DNA of 64,000 bases from an uncultured Bacteroidales bacterium (GTDB taxonomy: Bacteria > Bacteroidota > Bacteroidia > Bacteroidales > VadinHA17): assembly GCA_963840965.1 (NCBI GenBank), contig CAWJAW010000005.1, forward strand, positions 261,484-325,483, given 5' to 3'. Both the position numbers and the translations under genes were made by a program. Under the pieces are notes generated by a model. That model searched no databases. It worked only from the letters and a program-made list of their open reading frames with translations, and had not been told where the DNA came from. Shown here one piece after another: positions 48,336 through 58,771 of this stretch (positions within the stretch are counted from its first letter, which is position 1; the number at the start of each line of letters is the position of its first letter).

Positions 48336-49109
48336 TTACTCCATCTCACCGGTGCTTTCCTTGATGATCTCATCATCAACAAGAATACGGCCGCAGTATT
48401 CGCACACTATAATCTTCTTGCGCGATTTGATGTCAAGCTGTCTCTGGGGAGGAATCTGGTTGAAGCAGCCTCCGCATGCATCACGCTGAACAGGAACAAC
48501 AGCCAAACCATTTCTTGCGTTGGTGCGTATCCTCTTGTAAGCCGATAGCAGGCGGTCTTCAATGAGCTTCTGGATTTCTTCAGACTTATTGTATAAACCC
48601 TCTTCCTCCTTCTGTGTGTCAGAAATTATCTCCTCAAGTTCGGATTTCTTGTTTGCCAGATCCGTCTGACGGTCGGCCAGTGTGGCCTCCGAATCAGCTA
48701 TCAAAAGCTTCTTCTCTTCTATCTGAATCGTGAATTCCTTGATCTTCTTGTTGAAAAGTTCAATCTCAAGATTCTGAAATTCAATCTCCTTCGAAAGGGA
48801 ATCATACTCACGGTTATTTCTTACGTTTTTCTGCTGTTCTTCGTATTTCTTTATCAGGGATTCGGCATCGGTTATTTCCTGGTTCTTCTTCGAAACAGCC
48901 TTTTCGAGGGTTACAACCTCTTCCCTCAAGTTTCCAAGCCTTGTCTCAAGGCCTGCTATTTCGTCCTCCAGATCCTGAACCTCCAACGGAAGCTCCCCTC
49001 TTAATGTTTTTATCTTATCAATTTCTGAATCCACCAGTTGAAGGCTAAACAGAGCCCTAAGCCTCTCCTCTACAGAAATCTCAGCTTCATGTGTTTTTGG
49101 TTTTTCCAT
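48336..49109 (-). CDS. Coiled-coil zinc-ribbon protein (COG1579-like)
   Basis: A long heptad-rich coiled coil is followed by CGGC...17 aa...CEYCGRIL. It sits downstream of a Nif3-family gene, which is a conserved pairing. Confidence 0.75.
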   Translation of the reverse strand: MEKPKTHEAEISVEERLRALFSLQLVDSEIDKIKTLRGELPLEVQDLEDEIAGLETRLGNLREEVVTLEKAVSKKNQEITDAESLIKKYEEQQKNVRNNREYDSLSKEIEFQNLEIELFNKKIKEFTIQIEEKKLLIADSEATLADRQTDLANKKSELEEIISDTQKEEEGLYNKSEEIQKLIEDRLLSAYKRIRTNARNGLAVVPVQRDACGGCFNQIPPQRQLDIKSRKKIIVCEYCGRILVDDEIIKESTGEME

Positions 49110-49110
49110 T

Positions 49111-50205
49111 TTACAGATAATTTATCGGATTGGTATTTGTTTCAGAAAACCGGAGTGCAAATGTAGGGAATTTTTTAATAAGTAGATCGTGTAATACTTC
49201 AGTTGAGAATTTTTCACTTTCAAAATGCCCGCAGTCGGCCAGCAGTATACTGTTATCTGCTTCAAACCATGTATGATATTTTATATCGCCCGTTACAAAT
49301 GCATCGGCCCTACACGCAATTGCATCGCGCAAAAGGGAAGAGCCCGATCCTCCACAGACAGCAACCTTCCGGATCATTTTCCCACTGAGATTTGAATAGC
49401 GTAACCCTCCGGTTTCAAGTCTCCCGGCAACCATTTCAAGAAAATCCCTTTCACTCAGGGCATCCGGAAGATATCCGTAACAACCCAGGCCAAGATCAAT
49501 ATTGTCATTCTCAAGTGGATAGAGATCATATGCAACTTCTTCATAAGGATGTGCTTCAAGCAGAGCTTTTACCACCCTTTCCCTGGTATGGGAAAACAAC
49601 ACTGTTTCAAACCTTGACTCATTTTCGAGATGCATCTGCCCCTTTTCCCCGGCAAAGGGATTGGTCCCCTCTCCTGCCCTGAAACTACCAGTGCCGGATA
49701 CTACGAAACCGCAACGGTCATAATTTCCGATAAATCCGGCACCAGCACTGAAAACTGCATCCCTAACCCTGTCAAGATGGTCGCCAGGAACAAATGTAAC
49801 AAGCTTTATGAGTCTGTCCTTCATTGGCCGCAGGACTTTCAGATCTGACAGGCCTAGTCGGTCAGCCATTTTCCCGCTGACACCTTTGCTCAACATATCA
49901 AGGTTGGTGTGAGAGGAATAGATTACAATATCATTTTTTATTGCTCTGGCTACTATTCTTTCAGCAGGGGTTCGCCAGGTAAGTTTCTTCAGTCCGTTGA
50001 AAATTACAGGGTGATGCGAAACAATTATCCCGCAATCCTTGCTTATTGCCTCCCCGAGAACCTCCTCCGTCACATCGAGGGAAAGCAGAGCTGCGCTTAT
50101 CTCTTTTTCCGGGTGGCCGACCTGAAGTCCTGAATTATCATAGCTTTCCTGAAGCGAAAGCGGAACAACAGTATCGAGATATGCACATAATTCACCTGCC
50201 TTCAT
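49111..50205 (-). CDS. Nif3-like dinuclear metal centre protein
   Basis: Family motifs are IIVSHHPVIF and IYSSHTNLD, with an inserted PII-like domain. Length 364 aa. Confidence 0.85.
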   Translation of the reverse strand: MKAGELCAYLDTVVPLSLQESYDNSGLQVGHPEKEISAALLSLDVTEEVLGEAISKDCGIIVSHHPVIFNGLKKLTWRTPAERIVARAIKNDIVIYSSHTNLDMLSKGVSGKMADRLGLSDLKVLRPMKDRLIKLVTFVPGDHLDRVRDAVFSAGAGFIGNYDRCGFVVSGTGSFRAGEGTNPFAGEKGQMHLENESRFETVLFSHTRERVVKALLEAHPYEEVAYDLYPLENDNIDLGLGCYGYLPDALSERDFLEMVAGRLETGGLRYSNLSGKMIRKVAVCGGSGSSLLRDAIACRADAFVTGDIKYHTWFEADNSILLADCGHFESEKFSTEVLHDLLIKKFPTFALRFSETNTNPINYL

Positions 50206-50206
50206 G

Positions 50207-50542
50207 TCAAATGCTATCCCTTAGTTCAATAAGCAGACTCCTGATATTTTTCAACGATTCACTGATCTCATAAACGTGGCCGGTCTCATCCCATTTTCCG
50301 GAGAGCTTCTTCTTAACCCCCGAAATGGTCATGCCCTCCTCTTTGAGAAGACGATGAATGATAGTGAGATTTTTTAAATCATTTGAAGTAAACATTCTGT
50401 TGCCCTTTTTATTCTTCATGGGCTTTAGTATTCTGAACTCATTTTCCCAGAATCTTACTGTGGAAACAGGAACACCGAGCATTCCGGAAACCTCCCCTAT
50501 TGAATAATAGAGTTTCTCAATTTTCTTCTCCCTGTACGGCAT
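50207..50542 (-). CDS. MerR family transcriptional regulator
   Basis: An N-terminal winged HTH YSIGEVSGMLGVPVSTVRFWENEF; 111 aa. Confidence 0.8.
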   Translation of the reverse strand: MPYREKKIEKLYYSIGEVSGMLGVPVSTVRFWENEFRILKPMKNKKGNRMFTSNDLKNLTIIHRLLKEEGMTISGVKKKLSGKWDETGHVYEISESLKNIRSLLIELRDSI

Positions 50543-50557
50543 GGTATTTTCCTATCA

Positions 50558-51529
50558 TTAATCGAACGACTGCCCCGTTTTAGATGCAATCTCGATCATT
50601 TTTTCGTATTCGGCGGCTGAAAGATCGTTAAAGAAGTAATTGACCGGATCAACATTCTGTCCATTGAGCTTTATCTCATAATGAAGATGTGGTGCAATTG
50701 ACAAACCCGTATTGCCTACATAACCAATCACGTCACCCCTGTGAACTTTCTGACCTGGCCTGACTGAAAAGCTTTCGAGATGAGCATAAAGGGATGAGTA
50801 TCCAAATCCATGGTTGATGACAATGTAGTTTCCCATCCCCCTCTTTCCGGAATTCACCGATTCTATGGTGCCGTCGCCTGAAGAATATACTTCAGTGCCA
50901 AGGGGCGCAGTAAAATCCATCCCTGCATGAAATTTACTGATCTTGTAAATGGGGTGTATCCTTAAGCCGAACCCTGAAGCTATTCTGGTCAGATCTTTTG
51001 TTGAGATGGGAATTATTGCAGGAATCGATCTTAGCATATCTTCCTTTTCCCTCGACAATAAAATAAGTTCATCAAAAGACTTTGACTGAATATATACCTT
51101 TTTTCTTATTCCATCAAGCCGTTTGGCGGTCTCGATAACCAACCGTGAATTGTTATAGCCCTCAAGCTCATCGTACCGGTTCACTCCGCCTATTCCTGCC
51201 TGCCTCTGGGTAGGCTGGATGGGTTCTGCCCCGAATATGGTCCTGTACAAATTATCATCTGTCTCCTGAAGATGCTCGATCACCTTATCGAGATTGGTCA
51301 TTTCCCTGTGGATGATGTCATACTGAAGAGATAACTGTTCTATCTCTCTCTTCAGTGCTTTTTCCTTGGGTGAGTCAAAAAAGAGGCCGTAAAGGAAATT
51401 GAAAACTACGGCAATCATCACGGATCCGATCAGAATCGCAAGAGTCCTGAGAAATATATCCCTGACTCCCAAACTTATCCTGTCAAAGCTCAGTGAATCA
51501 GGATTGAATTTGTACTTTGGATTCTTCAT
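50558..51529 (-). CDS. M23 family metallopeptidase (membrane anchored)
   Basis: An N-terminal TM helix and a coiled-coil region precede the LytM motifs FHAGMDF and HLHYEI. Confidence 0.85.
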   Translation of the reverse strand: MKNPKYKFNPDSLSFDRISLGVRDIFLRTLAILIGSVMIAVVFNFLYGLFFDSPKEKALKREIEQLSLQYDIIHREMTNLDKVIEHLQETDDNLYRTIFGAEPIQPTQRQAGIGGVNRYDELEGYNNSRLVIETAKRLDGIRKKVYIQSKSFDELILLSREKEDMLRSIPAIIPISTKDLTRIASGFGLRIHPIYKISKFHAGMDFTAPLGTEVYSSGDGTIESVNSGKRGMGNYIVINHGFGYSSLYAHLESFSVRPGQKVHRGDVIGYVGNTGLSIAPHLHYEIKLNGQNVDPVNYFFNDLSAAEYEKMIEIASKTGQSFD

Positions 51530-51536
51530 TACCCGG

Positions 51537-51544
51537 CAAAGATA
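51537..51544 (-). promoter_or_regulatory. Candidate -7 box (TATCTTTG) for M23 gene 50558-51529
   Basis: An exact TAnnTTTG match on the minus strand, only 7 nt from the ATG. This implies a leaderless or very short leader if it is functional. Confidence 0.35.
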
Positions 51545-51617
51545 AATATTTCAATATATATATGAAACCAGTCCGGTGAAATGACCCGGCAGAATTGCCA
51601 CAAATTTTCAGTTACAG

Positions 51618-52580
51618 CTATCTTAAACTGGAATGAGCAGTCAGAGTCTGAATCATGTCGAAATACTCGTCCTCAGTCAGATCGTTATTGAAATAATAGA
51701 GAGGATTCTTGTGCTGACCAAAGAGGTCAATCTGATAGTGAAGGTGAGGACCCGATGAAGTGCCGGTGCTACCGCTCAAACCCAAAAGATCGCCCCTCTT
51801 AACGTTAAGCCCCTCAGTCACTTTTATTGCACTGAGATGACCATAAGTAGTACGATAGCCGTAGCCGTGATCGACCACAACACAATTGCCGAAACCGCCG
51901 TTCCAACCGGCATCAATTACGGTGCCCGATCCGGTGGCATATACTTTTGTTCCGTGAGGAGTGCTGAAATCCTGACCATGATGCCATTGCGGGGTTCCAA
52001 GAACAGGATGCTTTTCCCTGAATTTAAGCCCGTCACCAAGCCTGTAAATCACATTGACAGGACTGATCATAGGAAGATACTCCATCTGCCGCTTCCACTC
52101 GTTTTTCTGTTCCTCTATTGCCCTGAAAGATTCCAGCTGTATCGTGGCCCGGTTCTTTATCTCATCAACTTTTATACGCGATCCGAGAAGCAGTGGGGTG
52201 TTGAAGAAACCTTCCAGTTCCTCATACCTGTTGACACCTCCTGTTCCCATCTTCCTGATGGAGGCAGGTATTGAATCCATCTCCAGAACCGGTCTGTACC
52301 GGTTCCCGTCGGACAGCTCCAGATCATCAAGGGAACGCAGGGCATTGTCAATACTCATTTCAAGTAGCGAGTATTTCAACTTAAGGCTTTCAATATCCTG
52401 ATTAAGAGTCTTTTCCTTTGGTGAACCAAACATACTGTTAAAAAGGGAGGTATAGACGATTGTTATTGTCACTGCCACAATCATAAAAAGGGTGAACCCT
52501 AGGAGCTTTCCCTTCCATGGCACTTTTACCCGCTTGTACTGCAGATCTGACTGATCAAGGAAATATTTTCGGCTGAACAT
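51618..52580 (-). CDS. M23 family metallopeptidase (paralog)
   Basis: Same architecture as the neighbouring gene, with HHGQDF and HLHYQI motifs. Confidence 0.85.
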   Translation of the reverse strand: MFSRKYFLDQSDLQYKRVKVPWKGKLLGFTLFMIVAVTITIVYTSLFNSMFGSPKEKTLNQDIESLKLKYSLLEMSIDNALRSLDDLELSDGNRYRPVLEMDSIPASIRKMGTGGVNRYEELEGFFNTPLLLGSRIKVDEIKNRATIQLESFRAIEEQKNEWKRQMEYLPMISPVNVIYRLGDGLKFREKHPVLGTPQWHHGQDFSTPHGTKVYATGSGTVIDAGWNGGFGNCVVVDHGYGYRTTYGHLSAIKVTEGLNVKRGDLLGLSGSTGTSSGPHLHYQIDLFGQHKNPLYYFNNDLTEDEYFDMIQTLTAHSSLR

Positions 52581-52611
52581 TAACTGCCCTTGTTTTTTAT
52601 GCTGAGAGTGA

Positions 52612-52642
52612 CAAATCTAAACAAATAAATTAATTTTACAAA
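52612..52642 (-). promoter_or_regulatory. Candidate promoter (-33 TTTG, 19-nt spacer, -7 TAGATTTG) for the M23 operon
   Basis: On the minus strand, TTTG is at 52642-52639 and TAGATTTG at 52619-52612. The motif lies 31 nt upstream of the ATG at 52580. Confidence 0.5.
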
Positions 52643-52673
52643 CTTAAAATTTCGTTTCTTATTGTGTAATTAT

Positions 52674-55322
52674 ATGCCATTCCCATTAAAATCCAACGAT
52701 CTGAGACGGTTATTCTTTGATTTTTTTAAGTCAAAAGAGCACCTGATAGTATCCTCTGCCCCCATGGTCATGAAGAATGATCCTACACTCATGTTCACCA
52801 ACGCGGGTATGAATCAGTTCAAGGATATTTTTTTGGGAAACCAGGCACCTGCAAGTAAAAGAATAGCTAATAGTCAGAAATGCCTGCGCGTTTCGGGTAA
52901 ACACAATGACCTCGAGGAAGTAGGCCACGATACATACCATCACACCATGTTCGAAATGCTTGGGAACTGGTCTTTTGGCGACTACTTTAAAAAAGAGGCG
53001 ATTGAATGGGCATGGGAGTTTCTCGTTAAAAAACTGGGAATTCCGGAGGACAGGATTTATACAACAGTATTTGAAGGAAGCCCTGACGAGGATGTTGCGA
53101 GGGATGATGAAGCTTATGAATGCTGGGAAAAATGCTTTTCATCACCGGAGGGAAGAATTCTTAATGGCTCAAAAAAAGATAATTTCTGGGAAATGGGGGA
53201 AATAGGTCCATGCGGACCCTGTTCCGAAATCCACGTGGATATACGGGACGATGCTGAAAGGAATAATATCCCCGGTCATGAATTGGTAAACAAAGGACAT
53301 CCCCATGTAATTGAGATCTGGAATCTTGTCTTCATTCAATACAACCGACTGACAAACGGAAAACTGGAGCTTCTCCCGGCACAGCATGTTGATACAGGAA
53401 TGGGATTTGAGAGGCTCTGCATGGTCGTTCAGGGTAAAAAATCAAATTATGACACTGATATCTTCCAATCAATAATTTCGGAGATTACCGAAATCACGGG
53501 AAAAAAATACGGGGTGAACGATAACCTGGATATTGCCCTCAGGGTGATAGCCGACCACCTCAGGGCAATTGCCTTTTCCATAGCCGACGGTCAGTTGCCG
53601 TCGAACAACAGGGCCGGCTATGTTATAAGAAGAATCCTCCGCAGAGCTGTGAGGTACGGTTACAACAGCCTGGGAATGGAAGGACCTTTTCTTCATAAGC
53701 TGGTTCCGGCCCTTGCTGAAGTTATGGGAGATACATACCCTGAACTAAGAGACGCAAGTGAAAATATTACCAGGGTGATCCTCGAGGAAGAGACATCTTT
53801 TCTCAAAACACTCGGAAAAGGAATTAAAATGATTGAGAAAAAAATCGAAGAGCTCAGGAAAGAGGGGAGTGACACCCTTCCCGGGAAATCGGCTTTCGAG
53901 CTGTACGATACTTTCGGATTTCCGGTTGACCTGACTCAGCTCATACTTAAAGAAAATGGAATAAAGACTGATATCAAAGGCTTTGAGCATGAAATGAAAC
54001 AACAAAAGAACAGATCGAGGGAAGATGCAACGGTCGAGTCCGGCGACTGGATCGTTTTAAGAGAAACAGGCGAAACTGTCTTTACAGGTTATACGGCAAC
54101 TGAAGATGATGTTCTTATTGCAAAATACCGGACTATCAGATTCAAGGGGAAAGAAAGCCTTCAGATCATACTCGACAAAACACCTTTCTATGCTGAATCC
54201 GGAGGACAGGTGGGTGACACAGGGTACCTTATCTCAGGATCTGAAAAAATTGAGATAGTCGATACCATAAAGGAAAACAATGCACTAATTCATATCAGCC
54301 ATGGAAAAATTTCCAATCCTCAGGAAATGTTCCATGCAGTTGTGGATCTGAAGAAACGGCTAATGACAGCCAGCAATCATACTGCAACCCATCTGCTACA
54401 TCATGCACTCCGCAAAATTCTCGGAAGTCATGTGGAACAAAAAGGCTCTCTTGTGACTGCTGAACGCCTCAGGTTCGACTTCAGCCACTTCGCCCGGCTT
54501 ACCAGGGATGAAATCAGAAAAGTTGAAGAAGAAGCAAACCGGATGGTCAGAGAAAGCGCAAATCAGATAGTCGCTGAAGGTGTGCCCATGGAAGAGGCCA
54601 TCCAGATGGGGGCAATAGCCCTTTTCGGTGAAAAATACGGTGATACCGTAAGAGTAGTGAGATTCGGCGACTCTGTCGAACTTTGCGGAGGAACCCATGC
54701 CGATAACACGGGCAGGATAGGAATTATAAAGATAACCTCCGAAGGCGGTATTGCGGCCGGCATCAGGAGAATAGAAGCAGTCACCGCCGAAAAGGCCGAA
54801 GAATACATCAATGAAAAGATAGAAGCAGCCGATGAGGTCGCAATACTCCTTAAAAGCACCGGTAACATAAAGGAAAGTGCTGAAAGAATGCTGGCCGAAA
54901 ACGCACAGCTCAGGAAAACCATAGAAAAACTTGAAGCCAGTTCAGCATTGGCTCTGATTAAAGATCTTGAGGAAAAAGCTGCTGATATAAACGGGATCAG
55001 ATTCATCTCCGGAGTCATAGAAAACGGATCTGCCGAGATGCTAAAGAACATTGCCCACAAGGTCCGCAGTTCATCAGATAATACCGTCCTCGTAATTGGC
55101 TCCTCTATTGGCGACAAGGTAAATCTATTCGCAATAGTAAGCGACTCTCTGGCGAACTCCAGAAACATAAGCGCAGCGGTTATCATTAAAGAAATAGCAG
55201 GAGAAATAGAGGGTGGAGGCGGAGGTCAGCCTTTTCTTGCATCTGCGGGAGGTAAAAATCCTTCCGGACTACCCGTTGCTCTTTTAAAAGCAGCGGAATA
55301 CCTTAAAAGAATAACTTCATGA
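52674..55322 (+). CDS. alaS: Alanine--tRNA ligase
   Basis: Class II core motifs FTNAGMNQFK and GNWSFGDYFK, an editing domain with HTATHLLH, and a C-terminal DHHA1 region with GGGGG. The ATG at 52674 is preferred over the TTG at 52662. Confidence 0.95.
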   Translation: MPFPLKSNDLRRLFFDFFKSKEHLIVSSAPMVMKNDPTLMFTNAGMNQFKDIFLGNQAPASKRIANSQKCLRVSGKHNDLEEVGHDTYHHTMFEMLGNWSFGDYFKKEAIEWAWEFLVKKLGIPEDRIYTTVFEGSPDEDVARDDEAYECWEKCFSSPEGRILNGSKKDNFWEMGEIGPCGPCSEIHVDIRDDAERNNIPGHELVNKGHPHVIEIWNLVFIQYNRLTNGKLELLPAQHVDTGMGFERLCMVVQGKKSNYDTDIFQSIISEITEITGKKYGVNDNLDIALRVIADHLRAIAFSIADGQLPSNNRAGYVIRRILRRAVRYGYNSLGMEGPFLHKLVPALAEVMGDTYPELRDASENITRVILEEETSFLKTLGKGIKMIEKKIEELRKEGSDTLPGKSAFELYDTFGFPVDLTQLILKENGIKTDIKGFEHEMKQQKNRSREDATVESGDWIVLRETGETVFTGYTATEDDVLIAKYRTIRFKGKESLQIILDKTPFYAESGGQVGDTGYLISGSEKIEIVDTIKENNALIHISHGKISNPQEMFHAVVDLKKRLMTASNHTATHLLHHALRKILGSHVEQKGSLVTAERLRFDFSHFARLTRDEIRKVEEEANRMVRESANQIVAEGVPMEEAIQMGAIALFGEKYGDTVRVVRFGDSVELCGGTHADNTGRIGIIKITSEGGIAAGIRRIEAVTAEKAEEYINEKIEAADEVAILLKSTGNIKESAERMLAENAQLRKTIEKLEASSALALIKDLEEKAADINGIRFISGVIENGSAEMLKNIAHKVRSSSDNTVLVIGSSIGDKVNLFAIVSDSLANSRNISAAVIIKEIAGEIEGGGGGQPFLASAGGKNPSGLPVALLKAAEYLKRITS

Positions 55323-55777
55323 TAGCCCGAAATTGCATTGCAGCCTTTTTCTTTATCTTCCTGTCATTCATTTTAATGTCATGCACCCCTGAGGCTTGCT
55401 TCGAAGAGACTAACGCATATCTCAAGGCTACTTTCTACAGCAACGATACAAAGGAAAAGAAAACACCCGACAGCCTTACTGTCACAGGCATAGGTATAAC
55501 GGAAAATCTATATAACAGGAAATCAGGTATACAACCAGGTCTGTTCCCCCTCAATGCCTCCGGAGAAACCTGTTCTTTTATGATTAAAATAAACGATGTT
55601 ACCGATACTGTAAGCTTCCATTATTCAAGCTATCCCCATCTTATATCGAAAGAGTGCGGATACACTTTTTTCCACAAACTCGACACCTTCTTCTGTAAAA
55701 ATGAATCTTTTTACATCTACCGGAGTTCCGACAACATAACAACTGCCAATGAGGAAAATATCCGTATATTTTATTAG
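55319..55777 (+). CDS. Hypothetical lipoprotein (possibly DUF6452-like)
   Basis: Lipobox LMSC and 152 aa. There is an ATGA overlap with the alaS stop. The family assignment is from memory only. Confidence 0.55.
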   Translation: MIARNCIAAFFFIFLSFILMSCTPEACFEETNAYLKATFYSNDTKEKKTPDSLTVTGIGITENLYNRKSGIQPGLFPLNASGETCSFMIKINDVTDTVSFHYSSYPHLISKECGYTFFHKLDTFFCKNESFYIYRSSDNITTANEENIRIFY

Positions 55778-56495
55778 TCTGCTCCTGATTCTTGATCTGC
55801 CTGTCATAAAGGCACAGGATACTATCCTCTTTCCGCTGAAGATCAGAGCCGGTTTCGATATTATTGGACCCGGTATTTATATGTCCGACAAAAATAATTT
55901 GAACATGGAGGGATTCCTGTCATTCGACAGAAATGAAAAAATGGCTTATGTCTTGGAAGGAGGTTATCTCAATTATAAATATTCACAGTACAATTATGAT
56001 TTTACCAGCACGGGGACGTTTGCCAGGCTGGGTGTTGACCTGAACCTCCTCAAACCCGATAAGGCCTTAGGCTTTTACTGGGCCGGTATTGGCTTAAGGT
56101 ATGGTCTAAGCATGTTCAGTTCCGAAACTTCCTCCCTTAGCTATGAAAATTATTGGGGTGAGATGACTTCTTCAATTCCTTCAAAAAAAATGACCGCTCA
56201 TTTTCTGGAAGTTGCCCCTGGTGTAAGGACTGAGGTCTTCAAAAACCTCAGCATGGGATGGACAATAAGGCTGAAACTGCTGCTATCGGGAGGCGGAGGG
56301 AAGGACATCAGGCCTATATCAATCCCTGGATACGGAAACGGTGGGAGGATCACCAATGCCGGAATAAGTTATTTCATCACCTGGAACATCCCCTACAAAA
56401 TCAAAACAGTCATCATCAAGCCCGAATTACCGGACGAGGAAGATGAGGAGCTTGAAGAAGAGAACATTTCAGGTCAGCGGAGATTAGGATTCTGA
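55749..56495 (+). CDS. Hypothetical outer-membrane beta-barrel-like protein with acidic C-terminal tail (possibly DUF6048-like)
   Basis: A signal peptide, alternating aromatic/glycine strands, and the C-terminal PDEEDEELEEEN. It overlaps the upstream lipoprotein gene by 29 nt. Confidence 0.55.
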   Translation: MRKISVYFISLLLILDLPVIKAQDTILFPLKIRAGFDIIGPGIYMSDKNNLNMEGFLSFDRNEKMAYVLEGGYLNYKYSQYNYDFTSTGTFARLGVDLNLLKPDKALGFYWAGIGLRYGLSMFSSETSSLSYENYWGEMTSSIPSKKMTAHFLEVAPGVRTEVFKNLSMGWTIRLKLLLSGGGGKDIRPISIPGYGNGGRITNAGISYFITWNIPYKIKTVIIKPELPDEEDEELEEENISGQRRLGF

Positions 56496-56524
56496 CAATC
56501 AGACGGCATACAAATTGCAATATT

Positions 56525-57991
56525 TCACCTGCCTGCAGGTGCCACGACCGGCTTGCTGCTGAAAAACCATAGTCCCATAAAAGTAAGGAAACCGTTTACC
56601 AGCAGCAATTCGAATCCGAACTTGTACCCGTTGAACAATACTTCCGAATAAGTACTCAGAAGATAACAGATAACAGGGGAGAGGATGGCAATCCATGGAG
56701 TAACCCGGTCTTTTGCCACCCTCCTTGTGAAAAGTCCGAAAGAGTACATCCCCAGAAGCGGACCATAGGTATAACCGGCAATTGTGAACAGTTTATCGAT
56801 AATGGCCTGGTCATTCAACGACCTGAATATCAGCACGCAAATAAAGAATACTGCAGCAATGGAAATGTGAACAATGTACCTGATCCTGGTCTTTGCCTTT
56901 TCAGTCATATGAGCCTTCTTCTCCAAACTCAGAAGATCAATGCTTACAGATGTCGTAAGTGATGTCAGGGCTCCGTCGGCGCTCGGGAAGGCAGCGGAAA
57001 TAAGTCCGATGAGAAAAACAACCCCGGCAACCGGACCAAGATAATTGAACGCTACTGTAGGGAAAAGATCATCACTCATTGCGACGGTAACGTTTCTGCT
57101 TTGTGCATAAATCATCAGGAAAGCACCAAGAACAAGGAACAGGAAATTAACCAGTACTATTATTCCGCTGAACGTGAACATATTCTTCTGGGCTTCCCTG
57201 AGATTCCTGCAACTTAGGTTCTTCTGCATCATCTCCTGGTCAAGTCCGGTCATCGAAATAGTAATAAACATGCCGCTCAGGAACTGCTTCAGAAAAAATC
57301 TTTCACTATGCCAGTCGGTTATGAACATGGTCGATATCGGACTCTTCATTACCGAACCAGCCAGCTTAAAAAGGGGAGATCCTATTTCCCTGCTGATATA
57401 TATCACCGAAAGTACTACTGCAAGCAGCATGAAGGTCGTCTGAAGTGTGTCGGTCCAGACAATGGTTCTGATTCCCCCTTTTAATGTGTAAAGGATTATC
57501 AGCAGGATAAAAACAAACACATTTACCCAAAATGGAATATTCCATGCATCGAAAACAAATAACTGCAGAACGTTGATAACCAGAAACATTCTGAGAGAAG
57601 CACCCAAAACCCTGGATAGTATGAAGAAACCCGCTCCGGTTTTATATGAAAAATATCCGAACCGCTGTTCAAGATAAGTATATATTGATGTAAGCTTCAG
57701 CCTGTAATATAAAGGCAGCAACACAAGGGCAATCACGAGATAGCCGAAAAGATAGCCGAAGACGACCAGCATGTAACTGAACTGTGTATCCTTCACCCAC
57801 CCGGGAACCGACATAAAGGTAACTCCGGAAAGGGAAGCCCCGATCATGCCATAGGCTACAACAAACCATGGGGATACCCTGTTGCCAATGTAAAACGACT
57901 GATTATTTGCCTTACGGGCTGTCAGCCATGTAACACCAAATAAGAGGGCGGTGTACACCAGAAATATCAGCAGGATCAGCGTCGGGTTCAT
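56525..57991 (-). CDS. Sodium:solute symporter (SSF) family transporter
   Basis: The 488-aa product has about 13 predicted TM helices and an SSF-like N-terminal pattern (FYIGNR.S.W......GASLSGVTF). Confidence 0.8.
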   Translation of the reverse strand: MNPTLILLIFLVYTALLFGVTWLTARKANNQSFYIGNRVSPWFVVAYGMIGASLSGVTFMSVPGWVKDTQFSYMLVVFGYLFGYLVIALVLLPLYYRLKLTSIYTYLEQRFGYFSYKTGAGFFILSRVLGASLRMFLVINVLQLFVFDAWNIPFWVNVFVFILLIILYTLKGGIRTIVWTDTLQTTFMLLAVVLSVIYISREIGSPLFKLAGSVMKSPISTMFITDWHSERFFLKQFLSGMFITISMTGLDQEMMQKNLSCRNLREAQKNMFTFSGIIVLVNFLFLVLGAFLMIYAQSRNVTVAMSDDLFPTVAFNYLGPVAGVVFLIGLISAAFPSADGALTSLTTSVSIDLLSLEKKAHMTEKAKTRIRYIVHISIAAVFFICVLIFRSLNDQAIIDKLFTIAGYTYGPLLGMYSFGLFTRRVAKDRVTPWIAILSPVICYLLSTYSEVLFNGYKFGFELLLVNGFLTFMGLWFFSSKPVVAPAGR

Positions 57992-58078
57992 GTTTTTCAG
58001 GATAAAGATGCAAGGATAACAAAAAGAAAGGAAGACAAAAAATTCAGCTTAGGTTTAATGTGCAGGCAATAATTGAAC

Positions 58079-58086
58079 TATTTTTG
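58079..58086 (+). promoter_or_regulatory. Candidate -7 box (TATTTTTG) for recR
   Basis: An exact TAnnTTTG match lying inside the ORF-track extension (58073), 16 nt before the ATG at 58103. Confidence 0.4.
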
Positions 58087-58102
58087 CAGAAAACCAACCA
58101 TA

Positions 58103-58717
58103 ATGAGTTTTTCAGAATATCCTTCAAAGCTTCTTGAAAATGCTGTAAATGAGTTCGCTTCACTTCCTGGTATCGGTCGAAAAACAGCCTTCAGGCTTGT
58201 CCTTAACCTCCTAAAGAGGGATCCCCAGGAAGTGAGGAGATTTGGGGAAAGCATAATAAAACTTCGAAGTGAAATCCATTACTGCATGTCGTGTCATAAT
58301 ATCTCCGACAGCGAAACCTGCTCTATATGCAGTGATAAAAGGAGGGACAGCTCCATTATCTGTGTTGTTGAAAATATCCAGGATGTGATGGCAATTGAAA
58401 ACACAAGGCAATTCAGGGGAGTGTACCATGTCCTTGGAGGTGTTATTTCCCCGGTCGATGGTATAGGTCCAGCTGATCTTTGGATCGATTCTCTCGAAGA
58501 AAAAGTAAAGGAAGGCGGGATCAGGGAGGTTATAATGGCCCTCAGCACCACCATGGAAGGAGATACTACCAATTTCTATCTCTACAGGAGACTTGGCAAA
58601 TACGACTTGTTGCTGACAACCCTGGCCAGAGGGGTCGCCATCGGAGATGAACTCGAATACACCGATGAAATTACTCTTGGCCGGGCCATCAATAACCGAA
58701 ACCCTTACCAGCAGTAG
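58103..58717 (+). CDS. recR: Recombination protein RecR
   Basis: An HhH motif [12 protein letters not shown], a C4 zinc finger CMSC...CSIC, and a Toprim domain. Confidence 0.9.
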   Translation: MSFSEYPSKLLENAVNEFASLPGIGRKTAFRLVLNLLKRDPQEVRRFGESIIKLRSEIHYCMSCHNISDSETCSICSDKRRDSSIICVVENIQDVMAIENTRQFRGVYHVLGGVISPVDGIGPADLWIDSLEEKVKEGGIREVIMALSTTMEGDTTNFYLYRRLGKYDLLLTTLARGVAIGDELEYTDEITLGRAINNRNPYQQ

Positions 58718-58771
58718 AATTTGCATTAAACATAATTGGCCCGGAATTGTTATTGTGATAAATACATTGAA

